A DNA stretch of 64,000 bases from Alphaproteobacteria bacterium (GCA_965225945.1 CBDDBZ010000034.1:320001-384000), one strand, 5' to 3'; shown: positions 19,936 to 32,480, counted from the first letter of the stretch. Notes: generated by a model not told the origin, from the sequence alone. Numbers and translations are program-made.

Positions 19936-21139
19936 CGGCTTCGTACCATTCGGCCAGTTGCCGGCGCTCCTCGCCGGTGATGGCGCTCACGTTGCCGGGC
20001 GGCATGGCGCGGCTGACGGCCGCCTGCAGATAGATCTCCCGCGCGAGGCGGCGGATGTCGGCGGCGCTTTCGAGGTGCACGTTCTTGGGCGCGCTCGCCA
20101 TCCCCTCCCAGGCGGGCTCGGCGCCGTGGCACATCGTGCAGCGAAATTCGACGATCTCGCGGGCCGCCTCGAAGCGGGCGTCGGCCACCGCCGTCTCAGG
20201 CCCGGCGCTCGCCTCGCGCTCCGCCGGCTCCGGGGCTGGGAAGGTCGAGAGCCAGACGATTCCCCCGAACGCCGCCGCCGCCACGGCCCAGGTCCACCAG
20301 GGCTTGGCGTTGCCGGCGTGCAGGGTGTTGAAGAAGTGCCGGATCACCACGCCCATCACCAGCACCAGGGCGACGATCACCCAGTTCCAGCGGGTCGCGA
20401 AGGCCAGCGGATAGTGCACCGAGAGCATCAGGAAGACGACCGGCAGGGTCAGATAGTTGTTGTGGGTCGAGCGCTGCTTGGCGCGCTTTCCGAGCGCCGC
20501 CTCGGGCATCTCGCGCGCCAACAACGCGGCGACGATTTTCTTCTGGTCCGGGATGATGATCATGAAGACATTCGCCGTCATGATCGTCGCGATCACCGCG
20601 CCGGCGTGGACGAAGGCGCCGCGGCCCGAGAAGACCTGGGTAAAGCCCCAGGTGAGCGCGATGAAGAAGGCGAAGAGGATCGCGAAGGCGATTTGGTCGT
20701 TGGCGGCGAAGACGCGGCACAGCACGTCATAGACGATCCAGCCCAGCGCGAGGCCGGCGAGCGAGACCCCAATCGCCTGCCAGGCCTCCAGCTCCAGCAC
20801 TTCGGCGTCGATCAGATAGAGCTCGGGGCCCGCATAGTAGACCACGGCGAGGAGCGCGAAGCCGGAGAGCCAGGTGGCGTAGGATTCCCACTTGAACCAG
20901 GTGAGCTGTTCCGGCATCGCGTCGGGCGCCACCAGATACTTTTGCATGTGGTAGAAGCCGCCGCCGTGGACCTGCCAGGTATCGCCGCCGACGCCGGCCG
21001 GCAGCCGCTCGTGCGTCTTCAGGCCGAGATCGAGGGCGATGAAGTAGAAGGAGGAGCCGATCCAGGCGATGGCGGCGACCACGTGCAGCCAGCGGACGGC
21101 GAAGCTCGCCCAGTCCCAGAGGATCGGGTCCCCTTCCAT
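19919..21139 (-). CDS. puuD: Membrane urate hydroxylase PuuD with C-terminal cytochrome c
   Basis: RWLHV..IAWIGSSFYF, HGGGFY, WFKWE, RSTHNNY, CTMCH. Confidence 0.93.
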   Translation of the reverse strand: MEGDPILWDWASFAVRWLHVVAAIAWIGSSFYFIALDLGLKTHERLPAGVGGDTWQVHGGGFYHMQKYLVAPDAMPEQLTWFKWESYATWLSGFALLAVVYYAGPELYLIDAEVLELEAWQAIGVSLAGLALGWIVYDVLCRVFAANDQIAFAILFAFFIALTWGFTQVFSGRGAFVHAGAVIATIMTANVFMIIIPDQKKIVAALLAREMPEAALGKRAKQRSTHNNYLTLPVVFLMLSVHYPLAFATRWNWVIVALVLVMGVVIRHFFNTLHAGNAKPWWTWAVAAAAFGGIVWLSTFPAPEPAEREASAGPETAVADARFEAAREIVEFRCTMCHGAEPAWEGMASAPKNVHLESAADIRRLAREIYLQAAVSRAMPPGNVSAITGEERRQLAEWYEAGVERR

Positions 21140-21194
21140 CGGCTCGAGCCTCCTTGTTCGCGTTACACGGCGGCGCTCCGGGCGGCGGTGAGGT

Positions 21195-21255
21195 GGTTAA
21201 GGGGACACAATACTTATCCTCACGAAGTGAGGATAAGTATTGTGTCCCCTTAACC
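21195..21255. repeat. Perfect 29-bp palindromic hairpin, AT-richer than its surroundings (REP-like)
   Basis: ggttaaggggacacaatacttatcctcac-gaa-gtgaggataagtattgtgtccccttaacc. Confidence 0.9.
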
Positions 21256-21293
21256 TATTTCCCCTTATCCAGTCCGCGCGAGCGGGCGTTTCC

Positions 21294-22367
21294 CTAGCTC
21301 TCCACGCCTTCCACGTACCAGTCCATCTTGTGCAGGTCGCCGTCGCCCAGCGCCTTGCCGGCGGCCAGCCGGCGGGCCCCCTTCCGGTCGGTGATCGGGC
21401 CTTGGAACGGCTTCCAACTGCCCTCGACGATGCCCTGCTGGACGGCGTCGGCCGCCTTGCGGACAGTGTCCGGCACCGCCTTGTTGTAGGGGGTTATCTG
21501 AACGACGTCCTCCTTCATGCCCCACCAGGTGTCGCTCGATTTCCAGCTCCCGTCGAGGACCTTAGCCACCCGGTCGATGTAATACTTGCCCCAGTTGTTG
21601 GCGATCGCCGTCAGATGCGCGTTGGGGGCGAAGGCGGTCATGTCGGAGGCTTGGCCGAAGGCGAAGAGGCCGCGTTGCTCGCAGGCCTGGAGTGCCGCCG
21701 GGCTGTCGGTGTGCTGCGAGATGATGTCGGCGCCCTGGTCGATCAGCGCCTTGGCCGCGTCGGCCTCCTTGGCCGGATCGTACCAAGTGCTGACCCAGAG
21801 CACGCGGGTGCGGAACGCGGGGTTCACCTTGCGGGCGGCGAGCGTGAAGGCGTTGATGCCCATCACGACCTCGGGGATCGGAAAAGACGCGATGTAGCCG
21901 CCGACGCCCGATTTCGACATATGCCCGGCGATGGTGCCGCAGACCGCGCGCCCCTGGTAGAAACGGGCGTTGTAGGTGGCGACGTTGTTCGCGCGCTTGT
22001 AGCCGGTGGCGTGCTCGAACTTCACCTTCTTGAAGCGCTTGGCGATCTTGATCGTCGGGTTCATGTAGCCGAACGAGGTGGTGAAGATCAGACCGTTGCC
22101 GCCCTTGGCGAGCTGGCGGATCACCCGCCCCGAATCCGGGCCCTCGTCGACGTTCTCGACGAAGCTGGTCTTGATCTTGTCGCGATAAGCCTTTTCCAGG
22201 TTCTTGCGGCCGACGTCGTGGGCGTAGGTCCAGCCGTGATCGCCGACCGGCCCGACATAGATGAAGCCGACGCCGAGCGGCGCCGCCCAGACAGGCCGGC
22301 CCAGAAACGGCACGCTCGCCGTCGCGGCGGCGGCGGCCAGAAAGTCGCGTCTCTTGATCCTCGTCAT
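21294..22367 (-). CDS. BMP family purine/nucleoside ABC substrate-binding protein (Tat signal)
   Basis: KRRDFL; GFIYVGPVGDHGW, TTSFGY, WYDP.KE, QHTDS. Confidence 0.92.
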   Translation of the reverse strand: MTRIKRRDFLAAAAATASVPFLGRPVWAAPLGVGFIYVGPVGDHGWTYAHDVGRKNLEKAYRDKIKTSFVENVDEGPDSGRVIRQLAKGGNGLIFTTSFGYMNPTIKIAKRFKKVKFEHATGYKRANNVATYNARFYQGRAVCGTIAGHMSKSGVGGYIASFPIPEVVMGINAFTLAARKVNPAFRTRVLWVSTWYDPAKEADAAKALIDQGADIISQHTDSPAALQACEQRGLFAFGQASDMTAFAPNAHLTAIANNWGKYYIDRVAKVLDGSWKSSDTWWGMKEDVVQITPYNKAVPDTVRKAADAVQQGIVEGSWKPFQGPITDRKGARRLAAGKALGDGDLHKMDWYVEGVES

Positions 22368-22394
22368 ATCCTCGTTTCCTCCAGGTTTGAGTCT

Positions 22395-23321
22395 CTACGA
22401 ACTGGCGCGGAACGGCTTGGCGAGACAGGCGGGCGCGCCCGCTTGCCCGCGCCCCCGGCGCAGCGAAATCACGGTCAGCACCAAAATCGTGGCGAGATAG
22501 GGCAACATGGCCAGGAACTCCGGTTCCAGCAGCGACAAGCCCGCCGCCTTGGCATGCAGCTCCAGCGTCATCACGCCGCCGAAGAGATAGGCGCCGAGGA
22601 AGAGCCGCCAGGGCCGCCAGGAGGCGAAGACCACCAGCGCCAGCGCGATCCAGCCCCGGCCCGCGGTCAGTTGATCGGCCCACAGCGGCGTCAACACCAG
22701 CGAATAATAGGCTCCCGCGAGCCCGGCCATGGCGCCGCCGAAGAGCACCGCCAGGTAGCGCACGCCGATCACCGAATAGCCGATCGAATGCGCCGCCTCG
22801 TCCGATTCACCGACCGCCCGCAGAATCAGGCCGGCGCGGGTCCGATTCAGGAACCAGACCATGGCGATGACGGCCAGCACCGAGAGATAGGCGATCGGAC
22901 TATGCCCGAAGACGATTCTTCCCCACGGATGCTCGGCCAAGCTCGCCGGGAAGATCGGCGCCACGACCTCCACCGTCATGCCGACGAAGGGGGCGCCGGC
23001 GAGCGAACTGACGCCGATGCCGAAGATCGTGAGCGCAAGGCCGGTGGCGACCTGGTTGGCGGTGAGCGTCAGTGTCAGAAAGCCGAAAATAAGCGAGGCC
23101 GCCGCCGCCGCCGCCATCGCCACCACGGCGCCGAGCGCGGCGCTTCCCGTGGTCGCGGCGACGGCGAAGCCGGTAACCGCGCCGACCAGCATCATGCCCT
23201 CGATGCCGAGGTTGAGAACCCCGCTCTTCTCCACCACCAGTTCGCCCAGCGCGGCCAGCAGCACCGGGGTCGAGGCGCCGACCACGGTCATCAGGATCGC
23301 GATGGTGATCTCGGCGCTCAC
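22395..23321 (-). CDS. ABC transporter permease
   Basis: EKSGVLNLGIEG, GRGWIALA, PY.ATI; GTG start overlaps the upstream stop. Confidence 0.9.
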   Translation of the reverse strand: MSAEITIAILMTVVGASTPVLLAALGELVVEKSGVLNLGIEGMMLVGAVTGFAVAATTGSAALGAVVAMAAAAAASLIFGFLTLTLTANQVATGLALTIFGIGVSSLAGAPFVGMTVEVVAPIFPASLAEHPWGRIVFGHSPIAYLSVLAVIAMVWFLNRTRAGLILRAVGESDEAAHSIGYSVIGVRYLAVLFGGAMAGLAGAYYSLVLTPLWADQLTAGRGWIALALVVFASWRPWRLFLGAYLFGGVMTLELHAKAAGLSLLEPEFLAMLPYLATILVLTVISLRRGRGQAGAPACLAKPFRASS

Positions 23322-24389
23322 GAGGCGCGCTCTCTCGCGGCCGGGGCGCCGAGCCGCACCCGGTAGCGGACCAGGATGTCCACCGCCAGGAGGAAGAACA
23401 GCATCATCGCCTGGAACATGCCGGTGGCTGCGTGTGGCAGGCCGGCCTCGGTCTGCGCCAGCTCGCCGCCGACGTAGGATACCGCGAGCACCAGGCCCGC
23501 GAGGATGATGCCGAGGGCATGCAGGCGACCTAGGAAGGCCACGATGATCGCGGTGAAGCCGTAGCCGACGGGGAACTGCGGCACCATCTGGCCGTACGGC
23601 CCGGCCACCTCGAAGGTTCCGGCCAACCCGGCGAGCCCGCCCCCCGTCAGCAGGCAGAGCCAGACCGTGCGCTTGGCGTCGAAACCGCCATGGCGCGCGG
23701 CGGCGGGGGCTAGGCCGGCCAGCCGCACCTCGAAACCGACGATGGTCCGCCCCATGACGATCCAGGCGGCGAGCGCGATCAATACCGAGATCGGCACCCC
23801 CATATGGACGAAGGAGTCCTCGGCTACCACCCCCATCGTCTGCCAATCGGTAAAGAGCCGCGACTGCGGAAAATTGTAGCCCTCCGGATCCTTCCACGGG
23901 CCCCGCATCAGATAGTAGAGCAGTTGGATTGCCACATAGTTCAGCATCAGGCTGGTGAGGATCTCGTTGACGCCGACCCGGGTCTTGAGGAAGGCGGGAA
24001 CGGCGCCGTAGAGCATGCCGCCCAAGAGCCCCGCCAGACACATCGCCGGCAGGATCCACCAACCCTCCAGCTCCCAGGTGGCGAGCGCGATGCCGGTGCC
24101 GGCGAGCGCGCCGAAGACGTACTGGCCCTCGGCGCCGATGTTCCAGACGTTGGCCCGGAAGCCGACGGAGAGGCCGACCGCGATGATGATCAGTGGCGCC
24201 GCCTTGACCCCGAGGTCGGGCCAGTGGGTCGGATCGATCACCGGCGTGATGAAGATCTGCCAAATGGCGCCGACGCCGTCGAAGCCCATCGCCTGGAAGA
24301 CCAAGGCACCGACGAGCATGGTCAGCAGAACGGCGAGCACGGGCGTCGCCAGCCGCATGGCGCGGCTCGGCTCGGCTCGCGGCTCCAGC

Positions 24390-24400
<11 letters not shown>
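23318..24400 (-). CDS. ABC transporter permease
   Basis: WNIGAEGQ, NEILTSLMLNY, GYGFTAIIVAFLGRL. Confidence 0.9.
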
Positions 24401-25933
<1,533 letters not shown>

Positions 25934-25937
<4 letters not shown>

Positions 25938-26782
25938 GCCGCCGTCCCCTCGGCGATGGCCCCGTCCCTCGCCGCCTCTGCGAGCATCCGGGTCGCGATC
26001 TGGGCGGCGGCGAGCGCGGCGATCACCGACGGCCGCTTGTCCTTGAGCTCACGGCCCCCGATCGGCGAGTCCAAGCCTCGAAGCGCCACCTCGTCGCCGC
26101 CCTTGGCGAGGAAGCCCCGCTCGAAGCGGGCACGCTTGGTGTCGGAGCCCAGGAGCCCGACGTAGCGCGCATCCCGTCTGCCCAGGGCGGCGCCGGTGAT
26201 GGCAAAGTCGAGCGCGTGGCTGTGGGTCATCACCACGAAGCCGGCGCCCGACGGCGCGCGGGCGACTTCGCTGGCCGGATCCGGGCTCTCGATCGCGACC
26301 ACGCCGTCGGGCAGGTCGCAGAGCGCCTCGGCCCGCCCGTCGATCGCGGTAATGGCGAGCGGCAGCGGCGCCAGCGCCTGGAGCAGCGCCTTGCCGACGT
26401 GTCCGACGCCGAACTGATAGACCGCCGGGCGGTTCCGCCGGGCGGCGCCTTCCAGCGCTTCCAGTTCACCCAGGACCGTCGCGTCGGCCCGCCGCAGCGT
26501 CAGCTCGACGCGACCGCCGCAGCTCTGTCCGAGCGCGGGGCCGAGCGCCAGCGTCATCCCGTCGTCCTGGGGTGCACCCGACAGCAATTCCCGCGCCCGC
26601 TTTATCGCCAGCCATTCGAGCCGCCCGCCGCCGATGGTGCCGAGCGTATGCTCTGCACTCACCAGCATGGCCGCGCCCGATTCGCGCGGCGCCGAGCCGA
26701 GAGAATCGACCACCTTCACCAAGATCGCCGGCGCATCGGCCGCCAACAGGCGACGAAGCGGCGCGGCGAGAGCGTCCGTCAC
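25934..26782 (-). CDS. xdhC: Xanthine dehydrogenase accessory protein
   Basis: GSAPRE.GA.M, GTIGGG.LE, MTHSH.LD, GS.TK; GTG start overlaps the xdhB stop. Confidence 0.9.
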
Positions 26783-29109
26783 GCCCCCGCCTCCGCCGTT
26801 TCGCGCAGGCGATGAACCGCCGCCAGCACGGCCTCGGGCGTCGCCGGCGGGTCGAGCCTCGGGCAATGGCGATGGTCGGCCACGCTCGCCACCGCGTCGG
26901 AGAGTGCGTGCAGCACCGATATCGCCAGCATCAGCGGCGGCTCGCCCACCGCCTTCGAGCGGTAGATCGTCTCCTCCCGGTTCTCCGACCAGTCGGCCAA
27001 TTCGACGTTGAAGATCCGGGGCCGGTCGGAGGCGAGCGGGATCTTGTAGGTCGACGGCGCGTGGGTCCGAAGTCGCCCCTCGCCGTCCCACCACAATTCC
27101 TCGGTCGTCAGCCACCCCATGCCCTGCACGAACCCGCCTTCGATCTGCCCCCGATCCAGCGCCGGATTGAGCGAGCGTCCGACGTCGTGGAGGATGTCCA
27201 CCCGCTCGACCCGGTATTCCCCCGTAGCCGTGTCGATCGCGACCTCGGCAGCCGCCGCGCCGTAGGCGAAATAGTAGAACGGACGGCCGCGTCCCGCCAC
27301 GCGGTCCCAGTGAATTTTCGGCGTCTTGTAGAACCCGGTGGCGGAGAGCTGCACCCGCGCCAGGTAGGCCCGGCGCACCAGCTCGTCGAAGGCGAGCTCG
27401 GTATTGCCGACGCGGACCCGGTTGGCCAGGAAGACCACTTGGTCCGCCGGCACGCCGTGCGCCTCGGCGGCGAAGGCGACCAGGCGGCGCTTGATCGCCC
27501 GGGCGGCGTTTCGGGCCGCCATGCCGTTCAGGTCCGAGCCCGAGGACGCCGCCGTCGCCGAGGTGTTGGGCACCTTGGCCGTGGTCGTCGCGGTGATCTT
27601 GACCCGCGCGACGTCGATCTGGAACTCCTCCGCCACCACCTGGGCCACCTTCATGTAGAGGCCCTGGCCCATCTCGGTGCCGCCGTGATTGAGCTGGACG
27701 CTGCCGTCGCCATAGACGTGAACCAGCGCGCCCGCCTGGTTGTAGTGGGTCGCGGTGAAGGAGATGCCGAACTTGACCGGCGTCAGCGCCAGGCCCCGCT
27801 TGATCACCGGGCTTGCCCGATTGGCCTCGCGCAACCGCCGGCGCCGTTCGGCGTAATCGCAGCGTTCCGCCAGCTCGGCGACCAGCCGGGGCGCGATGTT
27901 GTCCTCGACCGTCTGGTGGTAGGGGGTGATCGCGCGGGCGCCCTCGCCATAGAAGTTCCGCTCGCGGATCGTCAGCGGATCCTCGCCCAAGGCGAACGCC
28001 ACTTCCTCGATCACGCGCTCGGCGCCGAGCATCCCCTGCGGCCCGCCGAAGCCCCGGAAGGCGGTGTTGGAGACCGTGTGGGTCATCAACGGTTCGGAGA
28101 TCAGGCGCGCCGCCGGGTAGTGGTAGCAGTTGTCGGCATGGAACAGCGAGCGGTCGGTCACCGGCCCGCTGAGATCGGCGGAGAAGCCGCAGCGCGCCGC
28201 ATAGGCCATGTCGACGCCCAGGATCCGGCCGCTCTCGTCGAAGCCGACCTCATAGTCGACCACCATGTCGTGGCGCTTGCCGGTGGCGATCATGTCGTCG
28301 TCGCGGTCGGGGCGGATTTTGACGGCGCGGCCGAGCTTGCGCGCGGCGAGCGCGGCGACGACGGCGAACAGGTTCGATTGCGTCTCCTTGCCGCCGAAGG
28401 CGCCGCCCATGCGGCGGACCTCGACGGTGACCGCGTTCGATGCCAGCCCCATCACATGGGCGACCATGTGCTGCACCTCGCTCGGGTGCTGGGTGGAGGA
28501 GAAGACGGTGACGTCGTCGTCCTCGCCGGGAAGTGCGAGCGCGATATGGCCCTCGAGGTAGAAGTGATCCTGGCCGCCGATCGCCATGCGGCCGGCGAGG
28601 CGCCGGGGTGCTGCGCGGATCGCAGACGGCGCATCGCCGAGGGCGAGCGTCAGCGGCTCCGTCACCACCGCCCCGCCGGCATCGCGCGCCTGGCCCACGT
28701 CGAGCAGCGCCGGCAGCGGCTCGACCTCGACGCGGGCCAGGCGGGCGGCGCGCCGCGCGGCGTCCCGCGTCTCGGCGACGACGGCGAACAATGGCTGGCC
28801 GTGGAACAGGATCGTCTCCTCGACGAACACCGGCTCGTCGTGACGGCCGGTCGGGCTGATGTCGTTGACGCCCGGGATGTCGGCCGCCGTCAGCACGGCG
28901 ATAACACCGTCCTGGGCGCGCACCGAGCCCAGTTCCAGCGCCTCGAGGCGGCCGTGCGCCACCTGCGACAGGCCGAGGTAGGCATGCGCCAGACCGGCCG
29001 GCGGCGCCATGTCGTCGATATAGATCGCCTGGCCGGTGACGTGCTTCTCGGCCGAATCATGGGCCAGGGCCTCCGCCACCCCGCCTCGAATGGTCTCGGG
29101 CCTAGACAT
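26779..29109 (-). CDS. xdhB: Xanthine dehydrogenase molybdopterin-binding subunit
   Basis: HDSAEKHVTG, RRMGGAFGGKE, AFRGFGGPQG, GGTEMGQG, SKAVGEPP. Confidence 0.96.
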   Translation of the reverse strand: MSRPETIRGGVAEALAHDSAEKHVTGQAIYIDDMAPPAGLAHAYLGLSQVAHGRLEALELGSVRAQDGVIAVLTAADIPGVNDISPTGRHDEPVFVEETILFHGQPLFAVVAETRDAARRAARLARVEVEPLPALLDVGQARDAGGAVVTEPLTLALGDAPSAIRAAPRRLAGRMAIGGQDHFYLEGHIALALPGEDDDVTVFSSTQHPSEVQHMVAHVMGLASNAVTVEVRRMGGAFGGKETQSNLFAVVAALAARKLGRAVKIRPDRDDDMIATGKRHDMVVDYEVGFDESGRILGVDMAYAARCGFSADLSGPVTDRSLFHADNCYHYPAARLISEPLMTHTVSNTAFRGFGGPQGMLGAERVIEEVAFALGEDPLTIRERNFYGEGARAITPYHQTVEDNIAPRLVAELAERCDYAERRRRLREANRASPVIKRGLALTPVKFGISFTATHYNQAGALVHVYGDGSVQLNHGGTEMGQGLYMKVAQVVAEEFQIDVARVKITATTTAKVPNTSATAASSGSDLNGMAARNAARAIKRRLVAFAAEAHGVPADQVVFLANRVRVGNTELAFDELVRRAYLARVQLSATGFYKTPKIHWDRVAGRGRPFYYFAYGAAAAEVAIDTATGEYRVERVDILHDVGRSLNPALDRGQIEGGFVQGMGWLTTEELWWDGEGRLRTHAPSTYKIPLASDRPRIFNVELADWSENREETIYRSKAVGEPPLMLAISVLHALSDAVASVADHRHCPRLDPPATPEAVLAAVHRLRETAEAGA

Positions 29110-30562
29110 CGGCGAGCCTCGAAGGTTCGTCGGGCCGCATCGTCTCCAGGAAGAAACGCCGCAGCAGGTTGCCGGCGACCCGAGCCCGGTAGCCGGCGCT
29201 CGCCCGCCAGTCGTCGATCGGCGCGTAGTCTCGGGCCAGCGCGGCAATCGCGGCATCACACGAGGCTTCGTCCCAAAGCGCGCCGGCGAGTGCGCGTTCC
29301 GCCCCCGCCGCACGGCGGGGTGTCGCCGCCATGCCGCCGAAGGCGATCCGCGCGGCCGTGATCCGCCCCGCGTCGTCGAGATCCAGGCGGAAGGCGCCGC
29401 AGAGGGCGGAGATATCCTCCTCCAGCCGCTTGGAGACCTTGTAGACCCGGAAGTGGGTGGCGGCGCCCGGTCTCGCTATCACCACGGCCTCGACAAACTC
29501 GCCCGGGCCGAGGTCCTGGCGGCCATAGTCGATGAAGAAGTCCTCCAGCGGCAGGACACGGTGCTCCCCGCCCCGGCGCAGCTCCAGCTCGGCGCCCAGC
29601 GCGATCAGCGGCGGCGGCATGTCGGCGATGGGCGAGCCGTTGGCGATATTGCCGCCGATGGTGCCGGCGTTGCGGACCTGGGCGCCGCCGAATCGCACCA
29701 GCAGCGGCTCGATTTCCGGCACCAGGCGGGCAAGCGCGGGCCAGGCCTCGGTATAGCTCGCGCCCGCGCCGATCCGCAGGCCCGCCTCGCTCTCCTCGAT
29801 CGCCCGCAAGGCCTCGACCCGGCCGAGGTGGACGATCGGGGACGGCTCGCGAAGTTCCTTGGTGACCCAGAGGCCGACGTCGGTGGCGCCGGCGACCAGC
29901 GTCGCCTCCGGCTCCGCGAGCACGATCTCGGCCAGGCTCTCCAGGCTCGCCGGCTGGAGGAAGCCGCCGACCCGGACGGTGGCGCCGTCGTCGAGCGCGG
30001 CGAGCCGTTCCGCGTCGCCTTCGCTCTCCGCCACGAGGGGATCGTCTTCCCGCTCAGCCAGCTCGAACATCCGCCGGCCGGCGGCGACGATCGGCGCATA
30101 GCCGGTGCAGCGGCAGAGATTGCCCTGCAGCGCGATCTCGATCTCCCGCTCGCTCGCGTCGTCGCGCGCCAACCAGAGCGCGGCGAGCGCCATCACGAAG
30201 CCGGGCGTGCAGAAACCGCACTGGCTGGCGTGGTGGTCGACCATCGCCTGTTGCACGGGATGGAGCCGGCCGTCCGGCCGCCTGAGTTCCTCGACCGTCA
30301 CCAAGCGTCGGCCCTCGAGGCCGCCGAGAAAGGCAATGCAGGCATTGATCGCCTGGTAGCGCATCGCGCCACCCTCGGGTCGGCCGACCAGCACCGTGCA
30401 GGCGCCGCAGTCGCCTTCCGCGCAGCCCTCCTTGGTGCCGGTGAGCCGCGCGTCTTCACGCAACCAGTCGAGTACGGTCCGGGTCGCAGCGAAACCGGAG
30501 ACCTCGCGCACCACGCCCCCCATGAGGAAGCGGACGCAGCCACGCTCGGGCGAGGGCGCCAT
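29102..30562 (-). CDS. xdhA: Xanthine dehydrogenase small (2Fe-2S/FAD) subunit
   Basis: GTKEGCAEGDCGAC, SQCGFCTPG, GNLCRCTGY, NGSPIAD. Confidence 0.96.
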   Translation of the reverse strand: MAPSPERGCVRFLMGGVVREVSGFAATRTVLDWLREDARLTGTKEGCAEGDCGACTVLVGRPEGGAMRYQAINACIAFLGGLEGRRLVTVEELRRPDGRLHPVQQAMVDHHASQCGFCTPGFVMALAALWLARDDASEREIEIALQGNLCRCTGYAPIVAAGRRMFELAEREDDPLVAESEGDAERLAALDDGATVRVGGFLQPASLESLAEIVLAEPEATLVAGATDVGLWVTKELREPSPIVHLGRVEALRAIEESEAGLRIGAGASYTEAWPALARLVPEIEPLLVRFGGAQVRNAGTIGGNIANGSPIADMPPPLIALGAELELRRGGEHRVLPLEDFFIDYGRQDLGPGEFVEAVVIARPGAATHFRVYKVSKRLEEDISALCGAFRLDLDDAGRITAARIAFGGMAATPRRAAGAERALAGALWDEASCDAAIAALARDYAPIDDWRASAGYRARVAGNLLRRFFLETMRPDEPSRLADV

Positions 30563-30934
30563 TCAGCTTCCCCGATAGGTCGAATAGCCGAACGGCGAGA
30601 TCAGCAGCGGCACATGATAGTGAGCGCCGGGCTCGGCGATGGCGAAGCGGATCGGCACCTCGTCCAGGAAGGGAGGATCGGCCACGGGCGCGCCCTGGGC
30701 GCGAAAATAGCCAGCGACCCGGAACACCAGCTCGTAGCGACCGACGGCAAAGCTCTCGCCCGCCAGCAGCGGCGCGTCGGTCCGCCCCTCGGCGTTGGTG
30801 TGGGTCTCGACCAGGGCGTGCGCCGAATCACCGTCGAGGGCCGAGAGGAGGATACCGATTCCCGCCGCCGGCCGGCCGGACATGGTGTCTAGGACGTGCG
30901 TCGTCAGGCGCCCTCCGGCGCTCGGCGAGGCCAT
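30563..30934 (-). CDS. uraH: 5-hydroxyisourate hydrolase
   Basis: LTTHVLD, HYHVPLL, C-terminal YRGS. Confidence 0.95.
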   Translation of the reverse strand: MASPSAGGRLTTHVLDTMSGRPAAGIGILLSALDGDSAHALVETHTNAEGRTDAPLLAGESFAVGRYELVFRVAGYFRAQGAPVADPPFLDEVPIRFAIAEPGAHYHVPLLISPFGYSTYRGS

Positions 30935-31058
30935 GGGCCACCTCCCCTGACATAACTTCGCTACCCCCCCAACAGTCTGCGCCAAGCCCGCGCGATTGCA
31001 AACGACTTTGAAACGAGGTGGAAATCGGCGAACAATTCGCCTCGAGGAGTGCTTTGAG

Positions 31059-32480
31059 ATGACCGAAAGCTATCCGAGGGACCTGCGCGGCCACGGTGCC
31101 GCGCCGCCCGATCCCCGCTGGCCCGGAGATGCCCGGATCGCCGTGCAATTCGTCCTCAACTACGAGGAGGGCGGCGAGAACAACATCCTGCACGGCGATG
31201 CCGCCTCGGAGGCGTTCCTCTCCGAGATCGTCGGCGCCCGGCCTTGGGCCGGCCGGCGCCACATGAACATGGAAAGCCTCTACGAATATGGCGCCCGCGC
31301 GGGCTTCTGGCGGATCCGGCGGCTGTTCGAGGATCGCGGCGTGCCGCTGACCATCTTCGGCGTCGCCACGGCGCTGGAACGCTCGCCCGAGCAAGTGGCG
31401 GCGATGCGGGAATCGAATTGGGAGATCGCCTGCCACGGCCTAAAGTGGATCGACTACGCCGAATTCGACAAGGCGGCCGAGCGCGAGCACATGGCTCGCG
31501 CGATTCTGATCCACGAACGGGTTACCGGCGAGCGCCCGCTCGGCTGGTACACCGGGCGCGCGTCGGAACACACCACGGAGCTGGTGATGGAGGAGGGCGG
31601 CTTCCTCTATTCCGCCGACAGCTATGCCGACGACCTGCCCTATTGGCTGGCGCACGGCGAGGGCCCGCAGCTCATGGTGCCCTATACGCTCGACGCCAAC
31701 GACATGCGCTTCGCCACCCCCCAGGGCTTCAACGCCGGCAGCCAGTTTCTCGATTATCTGAAGGACAGCTTCGACGTGCTCTACCGCGAGGGCGTCGAGG
31801 GGGCACCAAGGATGATGTCGATCGGTCTCCACTGCCGCTTGGTCGGCCGCCCGGGGCGGGCCGCCGCGCTCGCCCGCTTCCTCGATCACGTCCAAGGCCA
31901 CGATTCGGTTTGGCTCGCGCGGCGGATCGACATCGCGCGCCATTGGCACCGCTATCACCCACCTGCGGGCATCGGCCCGAGCGGGATGAACGAGGCGATG
32001 TTCGCCGAGCGCTTCGGCGACGTCTTCGAAAATACGCCGGAGATCGCGCGCGACGCCCATCGGGCGGGCCTCGGCCCGGCCGAGGACACGGCCAAGGGAC
32101 TGCACGCGGTGCTGGTCAAGGCGATGAGGGGACTCGACGACGGCGCCCGGCGCCGGCTGATCGAGGCCCATCCCGACCTCGCCGGCCGCCTGGCGCTGGG
32201 GCGCGCGCTCACCGCCGAATCCGCGGGCGAGCAGGCCACCGCCGGCCTCGATCGCCTGAGCGAGGCCGAGCTTCGCCGTTTCACGGAGCTGAACGAGGCC
32301 TACCGCGCGCGTTTCGGCTTCCCCTTCGTGATGGCGGTGAAGGGGTGCGACAAGGCGGAGATCCTGGCCGCTTACGACGCCCGCCTCGCCCATGACGCGG
32401 ACACCGAGACCACCACCGCGCTCGCCGAGATCGAGAAGATAGCACTGTTGCGCCTCCGCGATCGTCTGCCGCCGGCTTGA
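31059..32480 (+). CDS. puuE: Allantoinase PuuE fused to OHCU decarboxylase (UraD)
   Basis: NYEEGGE, ESLYEYGAR.G.WR, GLHCR; C-terminal F.E.TP, AHPDLA, ES..EQ..AGL, FGFPF, E..KIA.LRL. Confidence 0.92.
   Translation: MTESYPRDLRGHGAAPPDPRWPGDARIAVQFVLNYEEGGENNILHGDAASEAFLSEIVGARPWAGRRHMNMESLYEYGARAGFWRIRRLFEDRGVPLTIFGVATALERSPEQVAAMRESNWEIACHGLKWIDYAEFDKAAEREHMARAILIHERVTGERPLGWYTGRASEHTTELVMEEGGFLYSADSYADDLPYWLAHGEGPQLMVPYTLDANDMRFATPQGFNAGSQFLDYLKDSFDVLYREGVEGAPRMMSIGLHCRLVGRPGRAAALARFLDHVQGHDSVWLARRIDIARHWHRYHPPAGIGPSGMNEAMFAERFGDVFENTPEIARDAHRAGLGPAEDTAKGLHAVLVKAMRGLDDGARRRLIEAHPDLAGRLALGRALTAESAGEQATAGLDRLSEAELRRFTELNEAYRARFGFPFVMAVKGCDKAEILAAYDARLAHDADTETTTALAEIEKIALLRLRDRLPPA

Noticed and set aside
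26572-30892. Very long + strand ORFs (929 aa, 618 aa) and similar ones elsewhere (21240-23366, 43442-45343, 53546-55708)
   Set aside because: Antisense shadows of well-supported genes; stop-poor frames are expected at high GC and they carry no motifs.
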